Of a DNA stretch of 64,000 bases, positions 1 to 11,614 are shown piece by piece; position 1 is the stretch's first letter; every line of letters starts with the position of its first letter. The notes beneath the pieces are model-generated. The model had not been told where the DNA came from. It ran no database searches and saw only the letters and a program-made list of their open reading frames with translations. Source of the DNA: Mobula hypostoma (Eukaryota); NCBI RefSeq assembly GCF_963921235.1, contig NC_086108.1, positions 11,098,001 through 11,162,000 of the forward strand, given 5' to 3'. The translations under genes were made by a program, and so were the position numbers.

Positions 1-470
1 AGAACCAAACCCATTAACCTCATGCAGAGAAGGCACAGGAATAGCTCCATGCAAACCAACTGTCCCATCATGGGACACCCCTGACGCACTCCCTCCCAAA
101 GCACAAGGGTGCTGCCAAGGACCCATTGATCTTAACTAGGCACTCTGCGGCAGTGTACAGCAGTCAGACATGGGCCATAAAATGCTTGCAGAGACCCAAA
201 AAGGTACTCATGGTCCACCCTGTCAAATGCCTTCTCATGGTCGAGGGATAGAAGAGCAAATGACATTCCAGCCTCCTGGCACAGGTCGATCAGATCCCGG
301 ACAATGTGGATATTGTCCTGGATCAACTGCCCCTGGACCGTGTAGGACTGGTCAGGGTGGACCACTTGTGCCAGCATGGAGAACCAAACGATTGGCCATT
401 GCCTGGGCAAAGGCCTTGTACTCCACAATGAGGAGGGACACTGGGCACCAATTCCTCAGGCAACGGAGAT
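1..470 (-). mobile_element. Tx1-clade (L1 group) non-LTR retrotransposon, RT-domain fragment, disrupted
   Basis: Minus-strand translation QVVHPDQSYTV-G-IQDNIHIVRDLI...LSLDHEKAFDRVDHEYLF is an L1/Tx1 RT motif; homologous to 30875-31345. Confidence 0.9.
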
Positions 471-1344
471 CCAACAGCAGCCAGAGCACCGTCCGTCACA
501 GGAGCACCCAGCCCAGATGAGACCAGACCCCAAACCCTCCACCGTTCCCGGTAGAAGCGAGGCAGTTCCCTCAGAGCGACACGGCAGACGCAGCCCGCTG
601 GGATTAGTGTCCCCCCCTGCAGGCAGAGGCCCCGGCGGAGAAAGTGCATCGCCAGCCCGTGCCATCTCGGAGGGTGGTCACACTACCGGTATCTCTGCAG
701 GGTCCCGAGGTGGAGAGCCACCAGCTGGGTGCGCACGCACATCAAGGACTGACCACCTCCCGCAATTGGAACACTCAGGACCGCTGCAGAGACCCAATGC
801 CTCCTGTTGCCCCAGAAGAAGTCCATCAGATTCTTCATGGTCCTGGATACAAACACCGTGTGTGGGACTAAAGTAAGCAGCCAGTACCATATTACTATTA
901 TAAACCAGCTGATTTATAACTAATACCCTCCCCCGGCATGAGATTGCACAAAGGAGGTCTAAACAGCACCCCAGCCAGGCAGAGATCTTTGTGTCCAAAT
1001 CCCACCAGTTCACCGGCCAGGCCTCCTCCGTCGAGCTCAGGTAGACCCCCAATTAGAGGAGGTGTGTGGTGCTCTACGCAAATGGACTCAACCCCTCCGG
1101 TAGGGATCCACCTGCCACTGACCCACCAAGTGGCCCGCACTCCCCTCCCAGTTGACCCTTGCAGAGGACGCAGCCGAGGAGACCTGCTGACAGTCTCGCA
1201 TCCTCTGCAAGTCATCCGGGTCGGTGACGATAAGGAGGATATTATCAGCGTAAGCCGACAGGACGATCTCCATGTCTGGTTCACGTAGAACCAAACCCGT
1301 TAACCTCTTGTAGAGAACGCACAGGAATGGCTCCATGCAAACCA
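471..1344 (-). mobile_element. Second tandem Tx1 fragment (YADD region to post-RT)
   Basis: LSAYADNILLIVTD (YADD-like), SSARVNW, YLGVYL, GRVLVINQLV on minus strand; 1288-1344 repeats 1-57; 474-590 and 1175-1344 match 30640-30930. Confidence 0.85.
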
Positions 1345-1929
1345 AGTACAACTCTACCACCTCTTCCACAGTTTGACCGTCCCTCAGTACCACCTCTCCT
1401 TCCAACACATCACCATTCCATTTCTCACAAAACTGCTTCAACGTGCTGTGTTTGAACCTTTGAAGGTGAGGTCAAAGCTGAATTGGATTTACCTTATACA
1501 GTGCAGGGTTCCCTATAGCAGGCACTCTTCAGCACCCCCTGGGCAGATTTGCATGTTTACCTGATCGAATCAAAGAAACACTGATTTTTCAATTGAAGAT
1601 GAAAGCTTTATCTGGCTAATTTCTTGTCACTTCATCTCAGTCTATCATATATTTACATTTCTGTTTGTGTCATGTTATCTGTCACCACTGCTTATTACAT
1701 GTTTCTTGTCACTCACATTAATGAGGCTAATTTGTATTTTAATTAACAAGCAGGGTGATCCAGGGGAAATGCTGGCAAGAGCACATGTGATAGTCAGTCA
1801 CTGCTGGTGCTCTCTGTCCCAGCTCCCAGGCTCAGCTAGGTCCAGACATTCTGGAGGGTCTGAGGGTTCCTCACGCAGGATCCCCTAAACGTTAAATTGC
1901 TGGTTTCTCCAGGAGGACCACCAACTTGT

Positions 1930-2245
1930 CATAAGGTTCAGAGGCTTGTGTACCTCAGTGATCTGGAGAGCTACGTTGGCTGGAGTCAGGGCCTTGTCCT
2001 TTGACTCTTGGTAGGGTCATGCATGCCAAACAGGTCAAAGGGCAGAGGCCAGACTAAGAGTGGTCCATCAGTCCTCCTGGTTAGGCTTTTCAGCTCAGGG
2101 CTAACAACCCAGACTGGTCAAAAATAAATTGTTACAGGGACAGCAATGAAGAATCCTTCTATATCTGAGTGGCCAAGGACAGACAGAGATGGAGGACCTT
2201 CATTTCTGCCCTAAGTGCCAGTGGTATAACGACCTGAAAGTAAAT
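1930..2245 (+). mobile_element. Bipartite RTE-derived non-autonomous retroposon (RTE 5' UTR fused to RTE 3' end)
   Basis: 5' part ggtagggtca..catgccaaacaggtc..ccagactaagagtggtcc resembles Expander/Rex3-type RTE 5' UTRs; 3' part ggccaaggacagacagagatggaggaccttc matches the RTE ORF end at 46905-46960; copies at 9215-9535 (-) and 47310-47722 (+). Confidence 0.65.
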
Positions 2246-2249
2246 CAGT

Positions 2250-3050
2250 AGTCGGTGGTAAGGAAGGTAAATGCAATGTTAACATTCATTTAGCGAAGAC
2301 TAGAATATAAAAGCAAGGATGTAATGCTGAGGCTTCATAAGGCACTGGTCAGACTGCGCTCGGAGTATTGTGAGCAGTTTTGGGCCCCTTATCAGAATCA
2401 GGTTTAATATCACTGATATATGTTGTGAAATTTGTTTTGTGGCAGCAGTAAAGTGCAATATATAGTAGATTTTAGAAATAATAATATAGGTTCCATATAC
2501 GTTCCTTAGTGTTGTTATAGCCGGGGGTGGTAATGGGAATAAGCTCCCACTACCTATTAAAAGCTCCCAATATATATAAAACAATGAAATGAGAACAAAA
2601 AGAAAGGCATTGGAGGGTCCGGAGGAATCTCATGGGAATGATCCCGGAAATGAAAGGGTTAATGTAAAAGGAGCGTTTGATGGTTCTGGGCAGGTACTTG
2701 TTGGAGTTTAGAAGAATGGGGGGGGGGGAATCTCATTGAAACCTATTGAATGTTGTAAGGCCTCAATGGAGTGGATGTGGGCAGGAGGTTTCCTATAGTG
2801 GGGGAGTCTAAGACCCAGGGGTTCCCATCCTTTTTTATGCCATGGCCCAACACCATTAAGTAACGGGGTCCATGAACCCCAGGTTGGGAAACAGAGGGCA
2901 CAGCCTCAGAATAGAGGGATGCCCATTCAGAATGGAGATGAGGAGAAATTTCTTCAGCTAGAGGGTGGTGAATCTATGGAATTTGTTGCCATGGACAGCA
3001 ATGGAGGCCAAATCATTGGATATATTTAAAGGGAATAGGTTCCTGCTAAG
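2250..3050 (+). mobile_element. CR1 LINE 3' ORF2 fragment, interrupted by Rex-type tail and MITE
   Basis: Degenerate match to 51770-52270 (LEYKSKDVML, GHSLRIEG, VVNLWN). Confidence 0.85.
2817..2891. mobile_element. ~80-bp hAT-like MITE (right end eroded)
   Basis: caggggttccca...ccccaggttgggaaac; same family as 35774-35855 and 54613-54691. Confidence 0.6.
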
Positions 3051-3094
3051 TCAAGTATATTTAATGGTATACTTAAGGCTGATAGTTGACCATA

Positions 3095-3500
3095 GGACCA
3101 TAGGACATTGGAGCAGATTAAGACCATTCAGCCCATTAAGTCTACACTGTTATTCCATCATGGCTGATTTATTATCCCTCTCAATCCCTTTCTCTTGTCT
3201 TCTCCCTGTAATCACTGACACCCTGATGAAATAAGAACCTATCAGTCTCTGCTTTAAATATACCCAATAGCTTGGCCTCCCCAGCCATCAGCCATCTGTG
3301 GCAATTATTAGGATGTGATTGGACAGGGGGAGGTGTTAGGGGTTACAGGGAGAAGGCAGAAGCAGGGGTTGCTTGAATTTCCAGCATCTGCAGAATTCCT
3401 GTTGGATGAAAACAAAATCCGTTTTGCTCAAATGACAGAGCAGACTTGATGGGCTGAATGGCCTAACTCTGCTGCTGTACTGTATGGTTTTATGGTCTTT
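3095..3500. mobile_element. Two CR1 3'-end fragments in opposite orientation
   Basis: ccatagga..ggagcaga..ccattcagccc (minus) and gggctgaatggcctaactctgct..ttatggtc (plus) tail motifs. Confidence 0.75.
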
Positions 3501-3668
3501 GATCCTTCAGCAATCCCTCCCTCTTTTATTCTCTTCACAGTTACATCAGATCCTTGTGCATGGTTCCACCTTCACATACACATGTGCACCATCTTTCAGC
3601 AGTCAAATAACCTCCCGACCTTTACTGTAGTCTGTTGCTGAGAACAGCTCACTGACATCCCAGTCCCA

Positions 3669-3985
3669 TGTGTGTCTCAGTGAGTGTGTGTGACTGTTTG
3701 CGAGTGTGTATTTGTGTGTGTGTCTGTACAAGTGTTTGTATGTGTGTGTGTCTGTACGAGTGTGTATGTATGTGAGTGTGTGTGTCTGTGTAACTGTGTG
3801 TCTGTACAAGTATGTGTGTCTGTGTAACTGTGTGTCTGTACAAGTGTGTGTATGTGTGTGTGTCTGTACGAGTGTGCATATATGTGAGTGTATGTGTCTG
3901 TGTAACTGTGTGTCTGTCTGGGGTGAGTGTATCTCTGTGTATGTTTGTGTTTATTCGTGTGTGCACGTGTGTGAGTTTGGGTGTG
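3669..3985. repeat. Compound (TG)n-derived repeat with internal duplicated blocks
   Basis: Recurring gtgtgtctgtacaag / gtgtaactgtgtgtct units. Confidence 0.95.
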
Positions 3986-4371
3986 GGCGCCTACAAGAAC
4001 AATCTTGAAACTAATACCTTGACAACAATGTTTTAAGGACGTGGGTGGGGAAAGTCCATCAACCAGGGGTGTCATAGGGAGTTCGGGATCAAACCCGGTT
4101 CACTGGAGTTGTGAGGCAGTAACTCTTCCCTGTGCGACTGTCACTGAGCCACCTGGTAGTGTTGTGGATGGTGATAGGCTGAAGGACAACTGTGTATCTT
4201 CAAAGGAACTAATCTCTAGAACTGTTCAAACATGATTTGTGGTGGAGAACCAACATGGAACACAGTGCATTCACTTATTGTTAATTATATATAAACCATT
4301 AAATACAACTAAACAGACAGTTTTCTACATCTAAATAGAGAAAGAAGGCAAGGACAAGTTGTTTTGATGTA

Positions 4372-5596
4372 CAATTGAAGTCAGAAATTTACATACACCT
4401 TAGCCAAATATACTTAGACTCAGTTTTTCACAATTCCCGACATTTAATCCTGGAAAATATTCCCTGTCTTAGGCCAGTTAGGATCACTACTTTATTTTAA
4501 GAACGTGAAATGTCAAAATGCTACAAATTTTCTATTGGATTGAGGTCAGAGTTTTGTGATGCCCACTTTAACACCTTGACTTTGTTGTCCTCAAGTGCAC
4601 CAGCCCCTCCTGCAGCAAAGCACCCCCACAACATGACGCTGCTACCCCCATGCTTCACGGTTGGGATGGTGTTCTTCGGCTTGCAAGCCTCACCCTTTTT
4701 CACTCCAAACATAACGATGGTCATTATGGCCAAACAGTTCAATTTTTGTTTCATCAGACCAGAGGACATTTCTCCAAAAAGTAAGATCTTTGTCCCCATG
4801 TGCACTTGCAAACTGTAGTCTGGCATTTTATGGCGGTTTTGGAACAGTGGCTTCTTCCTTGCTGAGCAGCCTTTCAGGTTATGTCGATATAGGACTCGTT
4901 TTACTGTGGATACAGACACTTGACTACCTGTTTCCTCCAGCATCTTCACAAGGTCCTTTGCTGTTGTTCTGGGATTAATTTGCACTTTTCGTGCCAAAGT
5001 ACATTCAACTCTAGGAGACAGAATGCGGCTCCTTCCTGAGCAGTATGATGGCTGCGTGGTCCCATGGTGTTTATACTTGCGTACTGCTTGTACAGATGAA
5101 CATGGTACCTTCAAGCATTTGGAAATTGCTCCCAAGGATGAACCAGACTTGACATCATTTTCTGACCTCAATCCGATAGAAAATTTGTGGGCAGAACTGA
5201 AAAAGCATGTGCGAGCAAGGAGGTCTACAAACCAGACTCAGTTACACCAGTTCTCTCTGGAGGAATGGAACAAAATTCCAGCAACTTACTCTGAGAAGCT
5301 TGTGGAAGGCTACCCAAAACATTTGACCCAAGTTAAACAATTTAAAGGCAATGCTACCAAATACTAACAAAGTATATGTAAACTTCTGACCCACTGGGAA
5401 AGTGATGAAAGAAATAAAAGCTGAAATAAATCATTCTCTCTACTATTATTCTGACATTTCACATTCTTAAAATAAAGTAGTGATCCTAACTGACCTAAGA
5501 CAGGGAATATTTTCTGGGATTAAATGTCAAAAATTGTGAAAAAACTGAGTTTAAATGTATTTGGCTAAGGTGTATGTGAACTTCTGACTTCAGCTG
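4372..5596. mobile_element. Tc1/mariner DNA transposon of the Sleeping Beauty (IR/DR) family, rearranged and defective
   Basis: TA on both sides (4370-71, 5597-98); termini CAATTGAAGTCAGAAATTTACATACAC / GTGTATGTGAACTTCTGACTTCAGCTG; peptides GSSLGAISKCLKVP..VRKYKHHGTTQPSY, KVQINPRTTAKDLVKMLEETG, PTVKHGGSSVMLWGCFAA, DLNPIENLWAELKK..KLVEGYPKHLTQVKQFKGNATKY closely follow SB transposase. Confidence 0.95.
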
Positions 5597-5849
5597 TAGG
5601 TATTTATCCTGTCAGAGGTGTCCCGGTGAGTGCTGGCAACGACTGAAGCAGGTGTGGAGGATTGGCAGACTCTCACGTAGAGACGGAAACAAGAATTTAT
5701 TCATAGGATTTCTAGCAGAACATCAGTGGCTGACCAGGTGACACTGCAAGTCGAATCATTCTCCTCACACAAGGACCCCATGGTAAAGTGCTAACTGGGA
5801 GCCCGCTTTAAATTATGATAGTACACGGAAACCCCGTGCCAGTTACAAT

Positions 5850-7021
5850 TGTGACAAAAGACCAAGTTATCAGAAGATTGATGCCGATGAGAGAGATAAG
5901 GGAGACAATGGGGAAACATGCAGAAATGTTAATGAGAGAGAAGAGAGATTAACGAAAAGAGACACAGTTCCGAGTATTGTCAGACCGGTGGCTTTGAACC
6001 TGAACTGTTTGAAGTTTGATGGACAGGCGATACCCCAGCAGGGGGATAAAAGGAACAGGTTCGCTAAGGCAAGGGACACACCACAACACCACGAGATAAC
6101 GAGACCCTGGAAGTGCGGTGTGCCCCCCCCCCCCACAAGTTGGTGGGAGTTTAGAGGTCTGGTCGCCGGACCGACCATAGACTCACAGGGTGAAAAGGGT
6201 ACGATCGGCGGGAACCTGGTGTGTGTGTCCGCCCTTGCCTGGGTGCCGAGTTCACCGCAGAAGAACGATCGTATGCAGGAAGATTGTTCCCGATGTTGGG
6301 GAAGTCCAGAACGAGGGGCCACAGTTTGAGGATAGAGGGGAAGCCTTTTAGGACCGAGATTAGGAAAAACTTCTTCACACAGAGAGTGGTGAATCTGTGG
6401 AATTCTCTGCCACAGGAAATAGTTGAGGCCAGTTCATTGGCTATATTTAAGAGGGAGTTAGATATGGCCCTTGTGGCTACGGGGGTCAGAGGGTATGGAG
6501 GGAAGGCTGGGGCGGGGTTCTGAGTTGGATGATCAGCCATGATCATAATAAATGGTGGTGCAGGCTCGAAGGGCCGAATGGCCTACTCCTGCACCTATTT
6601 TCTATGTTTCTATGTATCCGGAATGGAGGGGTCACAGTCGGTGACCTCAGAAGATATTAAAAGGGCTCGCGCCGAAAGCTAACTGCAAAGAACAAAGGTC
6701 TGTCTGAATCCGATTTGCATATTCTCTCTCCAACGGCACAACCGCGATTGCTGTGAACTATACTAAATTGAATTGAACTCTGCGTCACTTGAGACTGATC
6801 ATTTCACCCCGAGACTGCGATAGAGCGTGATTGATTCCTATTATCCTAGTCCTGTGTACATGTGTGTTTTATCATTGCTAACCTGTTGCATTTATATCCT
6901 TATGATTAGAGTACTGTGTTACTTATTTCTTTAATAAAACTTTCTTAGTTCCAGTAATCCAGACTCCAACTAAGTGGTCCATTTCTGCTGGTTTGGCAAC
7001 CCTGTTACGGGGTACGTAACA
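5850..7021 (+). mobile_element. Solo LTR (Gypsy-like, 4-bp TSD)
   Basis: TGTGAC...GTAACA termini, CAAT duplicated at 5846-49 and 7022-25, AATAAA near 6933. Confidence 0.85.
6274..6613 (+). mobile_element. Young CR1 3' end inserted in the solo LTR
   Basis: Near-identical to 52094-52440; AGRLFPMLGKSRTRGHSLRI..GAGF*, 3' UTR hairpin and ttctatgt tail. Confidence 0.95.
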
Positions 7022-7474
7022 CAATTAACTTGACAAGATGAAACAGAGAGCGCAAATGCTTAATGACTCTAGTGAAGAGAACAATTAACAAATACGGGTT
7101 CTCTAGAAGCTTTGGAACCCAACGCTCTACAACCCGCCGTGCAGGCCCACAGACCTCATGATAAGGGGTAATATTTGCAAGGAAAGCTGAAGTCCCGGTG
7201 AAGTCAAGCTCTCCACTAACAACCTTTCAGAGGCCTGATGTCTCTCCCCCCACCCTCCACCTTGCTCATTCCGCAAGCTTCAAATCACTAGACCATCATT
7301 TTTGCTTAGCCAAGAGCCAGCCTTGAATGATGTGGGACGTCAAAGGACAGACAGCAAGACAAGGAACAAACTACCGGAGGAAATCAATAGGTCAAGCAGC
7401 ACCACTATCAGGGCTACAGGTCATCTTTGTAGCTTCCTCCCTGCAGCTGTCCAGCTTCTCAATAAAACTCACTC

Positions 7475-8020
7475 AGAATCCAAATCAGAATCAATATCGG
7501 CTTTAATATCACCGACGTCTGTTGTGACATTTGTTGTCTTTGCAACAGCAGTACAATGCAATACATAATACTAGAGAAAAAGAGCTGTGAATTACAGTAA
7601 GTGTATATATATATATAGTTAAGTAAGTAGTGCAAAAATAGAAATGAAGAAGTAGTGAGGTAGTGTTCATGAGTTCAATGTCCGTTCAGAAATCAGATGA
7701 CAGAGGGGAAGAGACTGCTTTTGAATGGTTGAGTGTGTGCCTTCAGGCTCCTGGACCTCCTTCCTGATGGGACAATGAGTAGAGGGCATGACCTGGGTGA
7801 TGTGGTTCCTTAATAATGGATGCCCCCTTTTTGAGGCATCGCTCCTTGAAGATGTCCTGGATACTATGGAGGCCAGTGCCCATGATGGAGCTGACTGAGT
7901 TTACAACTCTCTGCGGCTTATTTCAATCCTGTGCAGTGTTCCCCCCGCCCCCCATACCAGACGGTGATGCAGCCAGTTAGAATGCTCTCCACAGTACATC
8001 TGTAGAAATTTGCAGGTGTA
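7475..8020 (-). mobile_element. Rex-Babar (Rex1-like) LINE 3' fragment
   Basis: Reverse reads CTVESILTGCITVWYG..IQDIFKERCLKK..IIK.PHHPGH..LPSGRR; parallels 54765-55315. Confidence 0.8.
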
Positions 8021-8317
8021 ATACATTAACTGTCCATGCACAACAACGATTAAACGGTCTTTCCTGCTCTCCTTGTTCTGTGGTTAATTATTGATCTTGT
8101 TTGTATGTTCACATTTATTTAAGTTTGATTATTGGCGTTAGCACATGTGACCGTTCCGCTAATTGCTGATTGTTCACAGCTGCTTTGCACTATTGTCTTG
8201 TAAATTGTTGGTTGCTTTATGTTGTCTGTTGTGGTATTGTACTGTGTTTCATGCTTGGTATCAAATCACAATCAACTCTGGTACTTTTCACAGACAGGCA
8301 ATAAGATAAATGAAGTA

Positions 8318-8900
8318 GACTATAAGATAAGGATGTAATGTTGAGGCACTGGTGAGGCCTCACTTGGAGTACTGTGAGCAGTTTTGGACCTCTTATCTAA
8401 GAAAGGGTGTGCTGATATTGGAGAGGGTTCAAAGAAGGTTCATGAAAATGATTTCAGGATTGAGTGGCTTCTCATATGAGGAGCGTTTGATGGCTTTGGA
8501 TCTGTACTCACTGCAAGTCAGAAGAATGAGAGGGGATCCCATTGAAACCTATCGAATGTTGAAAGGCCTAAATAGAGCAGATGTGGAGAGGACTTTTTTC
8601 CTATTGTGGGGGAGTCTACGACCAGAGGACACAGCCTCAAAATAGAAGGACGTCGCTTTAAAATGGAGAGGAGGAGGAATTTCTTTAGCTAGAGGGCAGT
8701 GAATCTGTTGGAATACATTGCTACATATGGCTGTGGAAGCCAAATCTCTGAGTGTATTTAAAGTGGTGGCTAATAGGTTCTTGATTAGGAAGGTAATCAA
8801 AGGTTATGGGGAAAACACAGGAGAATGGGGTTGAGAGGGATAATGAGTCACAATGAAATGGCAGAGCAGATGCAATGGGCTGAGTAGCCTAGTTCTGGTC
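8318..8900 (+). mobile_element. CR1 3' fragment
   Basis: RPHLEYCEQFW..LERVQRRF..SYEERL; CR1 tail. Confidence 0.9.
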
Positions 8901-9214
8901 AATAAAATGATTCTGATCCTGATCAGAACGATGTGGATTGTGAATGTTGTGGTCGAGACCCTGTAACGTGGGATAGTGGCTGTAGATCTGGGGATGCTTG
9001 TGTCCATTGTGTGTACATTTTGCACAGAACTTACAGTACTGTGCAAAAGTCGTAAGTTCATTTTTAAAAAATTCTGTAAGGTGAAAATACTTTCTAAAAT
9101 AATGAAATGAAATTGCTAAATATCAGAGTTATTTAGAGATCTGGGCACTTTGGAGGTCATGCCATCTGAAACCATATAAAAAATCATGGATTCCTGAGAC
9201 TTTTCCACAGTACT

Positions 9215-9535
9215 GTACTTACTTAATGCCCGTTACGCCACTAGTGTTTAGGGCAAAAATGAAGGTCCTCCATTTCTGTCCGTGGCCACTCAGAAGAAGA
9301 AATATTATTTGCTATTTCTGTAACAGCCTTGTTTGATTGGTCAGGGTTGTTAATCCCCTGAACCTGGAGACCGGTGGGCCACTCCTAGTCTGACCTCTAC
9401 CCTTTGACCTGTTTAGGTTGGGAGACCCTATCAGGAACCAAAGCAGAAATCCCTGACACCAGCCAATATAGCTCTTGGGGTCATTGAAGCACACAAACCT
9501 CCAAACCACGACAAGGTTGTGGTCCTCTTGAAGGG
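9215..9535 (-). mobile_element. Bipartite RTE-derived element
   Basis: Reverse-complement homolog of 1930-2245. Confidence 0.65.
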
Positions 9536-10109
9536 CGAGGTACAGAAGTTCTCTGATATACTCCACTTCCAAACTCCGGTCCAAAGAGGCGTCAGACGCG
9601 ACTATACCTCACTTGTGACGAAGAATATGTTTATACCCCCTAAAGGGGTGACAGAGAGGTGTAGCAGTTGGGTGTCAAACTTTACACCGAACCAACCGTA
9701 ATATCATGGACAATTCCCACATTCTCACTGTGAGTGCGTGAGTTTCCTCTGGGTGCTCCAGTTTCCTCCCACTGTCCAAAGACATATGGGTTAGGGTCAT
9801 GCTATGCCAGAAGTGTGTTGGTACTTGTGGGATGCCCCCAGCACACTCTCGGATAGTGTTTTTCATTGACAAATAAATGTAATCTTATCTAATCTTTGGA
9901 AACAGCCATCTCTTCGATCAAGCTGTACAATCTGTTGCATCAGTTTTTTGAGACATTCCCTGTTGCATTTGGGGAGGGTTTCTTTCTATTCAAAGTCACA
10001 GCTTCAGTTCAGAATTGCTGTGTTCCAGTTTTCATCAGACTTTGGGCATCTTGTCAGTTAGGCTTCAGGGAGTCCTGGTTGTCGCCCATTGTGACTGCGC
10101 AGAGATGGC

Positions 10110-10470
10110 AGAGGGGTAACTTCACTCGCCTCATCACCGAAATGTTCCCACAACCACTGGACTCATTTACAAGGACTCTTCAACTCAAGCTCTCAATATT
10201 TATTGCTTACTTATTTATTATTAGTCTTGTATGTATTTGCACAGTTTGTTCTCTTCTGCACTCTGGTTGAATGTCCTGGTTGGGTGGTCTTTCGTTGTTT
10301 CTGTTATGGTTATTATTCTATAGATTTATTGAGTATGGCCATAAGAAAATGAATCACATTTGATAATAAAATTTACTTTGAACTTTGATGCCTCCCTGCT
10401 ATCAAGGACATCTTCAAAAGGCAGTGCCTCAAGAAGACAACATCCGTCATTAAATACCCTCACCATACTT
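10110..10470 (+). mobile_element. Rex-Babar 3' UTR/tail fragments
   Basis: Matches 53600-53890; aataaaatttactttgaactttga tail. Confidence 0.7.
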
Positions 10471-11184
10471 CGAACTTAGACAGAGGCTGTGCTAGGGTTG
10501 CTCATGATAGACCCTGGGAAGGCTTGGAAGCGTGAAGCTGAAAGAATTCCTATTGGATTCCGAGAATCTAACAATATTTGTCACTGGATCCAGCTCTTTC
10601 TTTCAATGAGCAAAAATACCTCAGGCATTGTTCAACGTACGTTTAATTTCAAAGTATGTATGCAGTATACAACATTGAAATTCGTCTTTCCACACACAGC
10701 CACAAAACAAGGAAACACCATGGAACCCGTTCAAAGAAAACATCAAACAACCAATGCGCGAAAAAAGAACAAGTCACGCAAACGGGGAAAAAAACGAGCG
10801 AGTAACACAGAAATAAAACATCAATCCACAAAGTAATTGAAACAGTCTAGGTGTGTTCAGGTTAATTTAGATCAGTTCAATTTAGCCCTGTGTTGTTCAT
10901 TGACTGTAGACTGCAGAGCCAGTCCATCCCGATCAGCTTCACAAGGTAGCAGCAGCAAGAGGAGTAAGGAGAAATCAGAGACAGCAGGACAACATAAGCT
11001 ACAGAATGAGTCCACAAACTGGCTGATTAAGTCTTCTCCTTAGAATCAACCTCTCGTCCACACATTGGGGGTGGGGGGGGTGCAGTTTATAGAGTTAAGA
11101 AGCTGGGGTGGGGCATTTCAAAGGGAATTATAACAATACAATATGAAAACAGGCCCTTTCGTCTACTGAATGTGGACTGACCTT

Positions 11185-11470
11185 AGAATCATTGAAAAGT
11201 ACAACAGAAGCAGGCCCTTTGGCCCATCTAGTCCCTGCCGAGCCATTGAATCTGCTGACTCCCTCTGACCTACACTGGGACCATAGCCCTCCATACCCCT
11301 ACCATGCATGTACCTATTCAAACTTCTCTTAAACTTTGAAATCAAGTTTGCATGCACCACTAAGCTCTGGCAGCTCATTCCACACTCTCACCACCCTCTG
11401 AGTGAAGAAGTTTCCCCTCATGTTCCCCTTAAACTTTTCACCCTTACCCCATGACCTCTGGTCCCAACCT
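11185..11470 (-). mobile_element. CR1 3' fragment (second subfamily)
   Basis: Reverse KGEKFKGNMRGNFFTQRVV.VWNELP; homologs at 21420-21690 and 40500-40750. Confidence 0.8.
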
Positions 11471-11614
11471 TCTAACCATTTACACTAATCGCACATTAAT
11501 CACGCTTTCTGAGCTCATTGCCTCTCCTCAAATTCAACCCTTCATTCTCACATGGGGGGGGGGAGGGCACAATTTATAGCGGTTAACCTGGACATAGAAC
11601 ATAGACCAGTATAG

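Larger units (their letters stand above)
5610..7163 (-). mobile_element. Probable solo LTR split by the 5850-7021 insertion
   Basis: Starts TGTCAGAGG and ends CCTCATGATA (imperfect inverted ends); reverse AATAAA near 5697; no clear TSD. Confidence 0.4.

Noticed and set aside
1372..1465. Plus-strand AG..GTGAGG open segment LTVPQYHLSFQHITIPFLTKLLQRAVFEPLK
   Set aside because: PFLTKLLQRAV resembles an L2-type RT motif and it abuts a Tx1 end; cannot distinguish an exon from an old LINE relic.
1493..1560. Minus-strand AG..GT segment reading KHANLPRGC*RVPAIGNPALYK (possible Sec UGA)
   Set aside because: Stops in all frames, no match to a selenoprotein I recognise, and no SECIS evidence.
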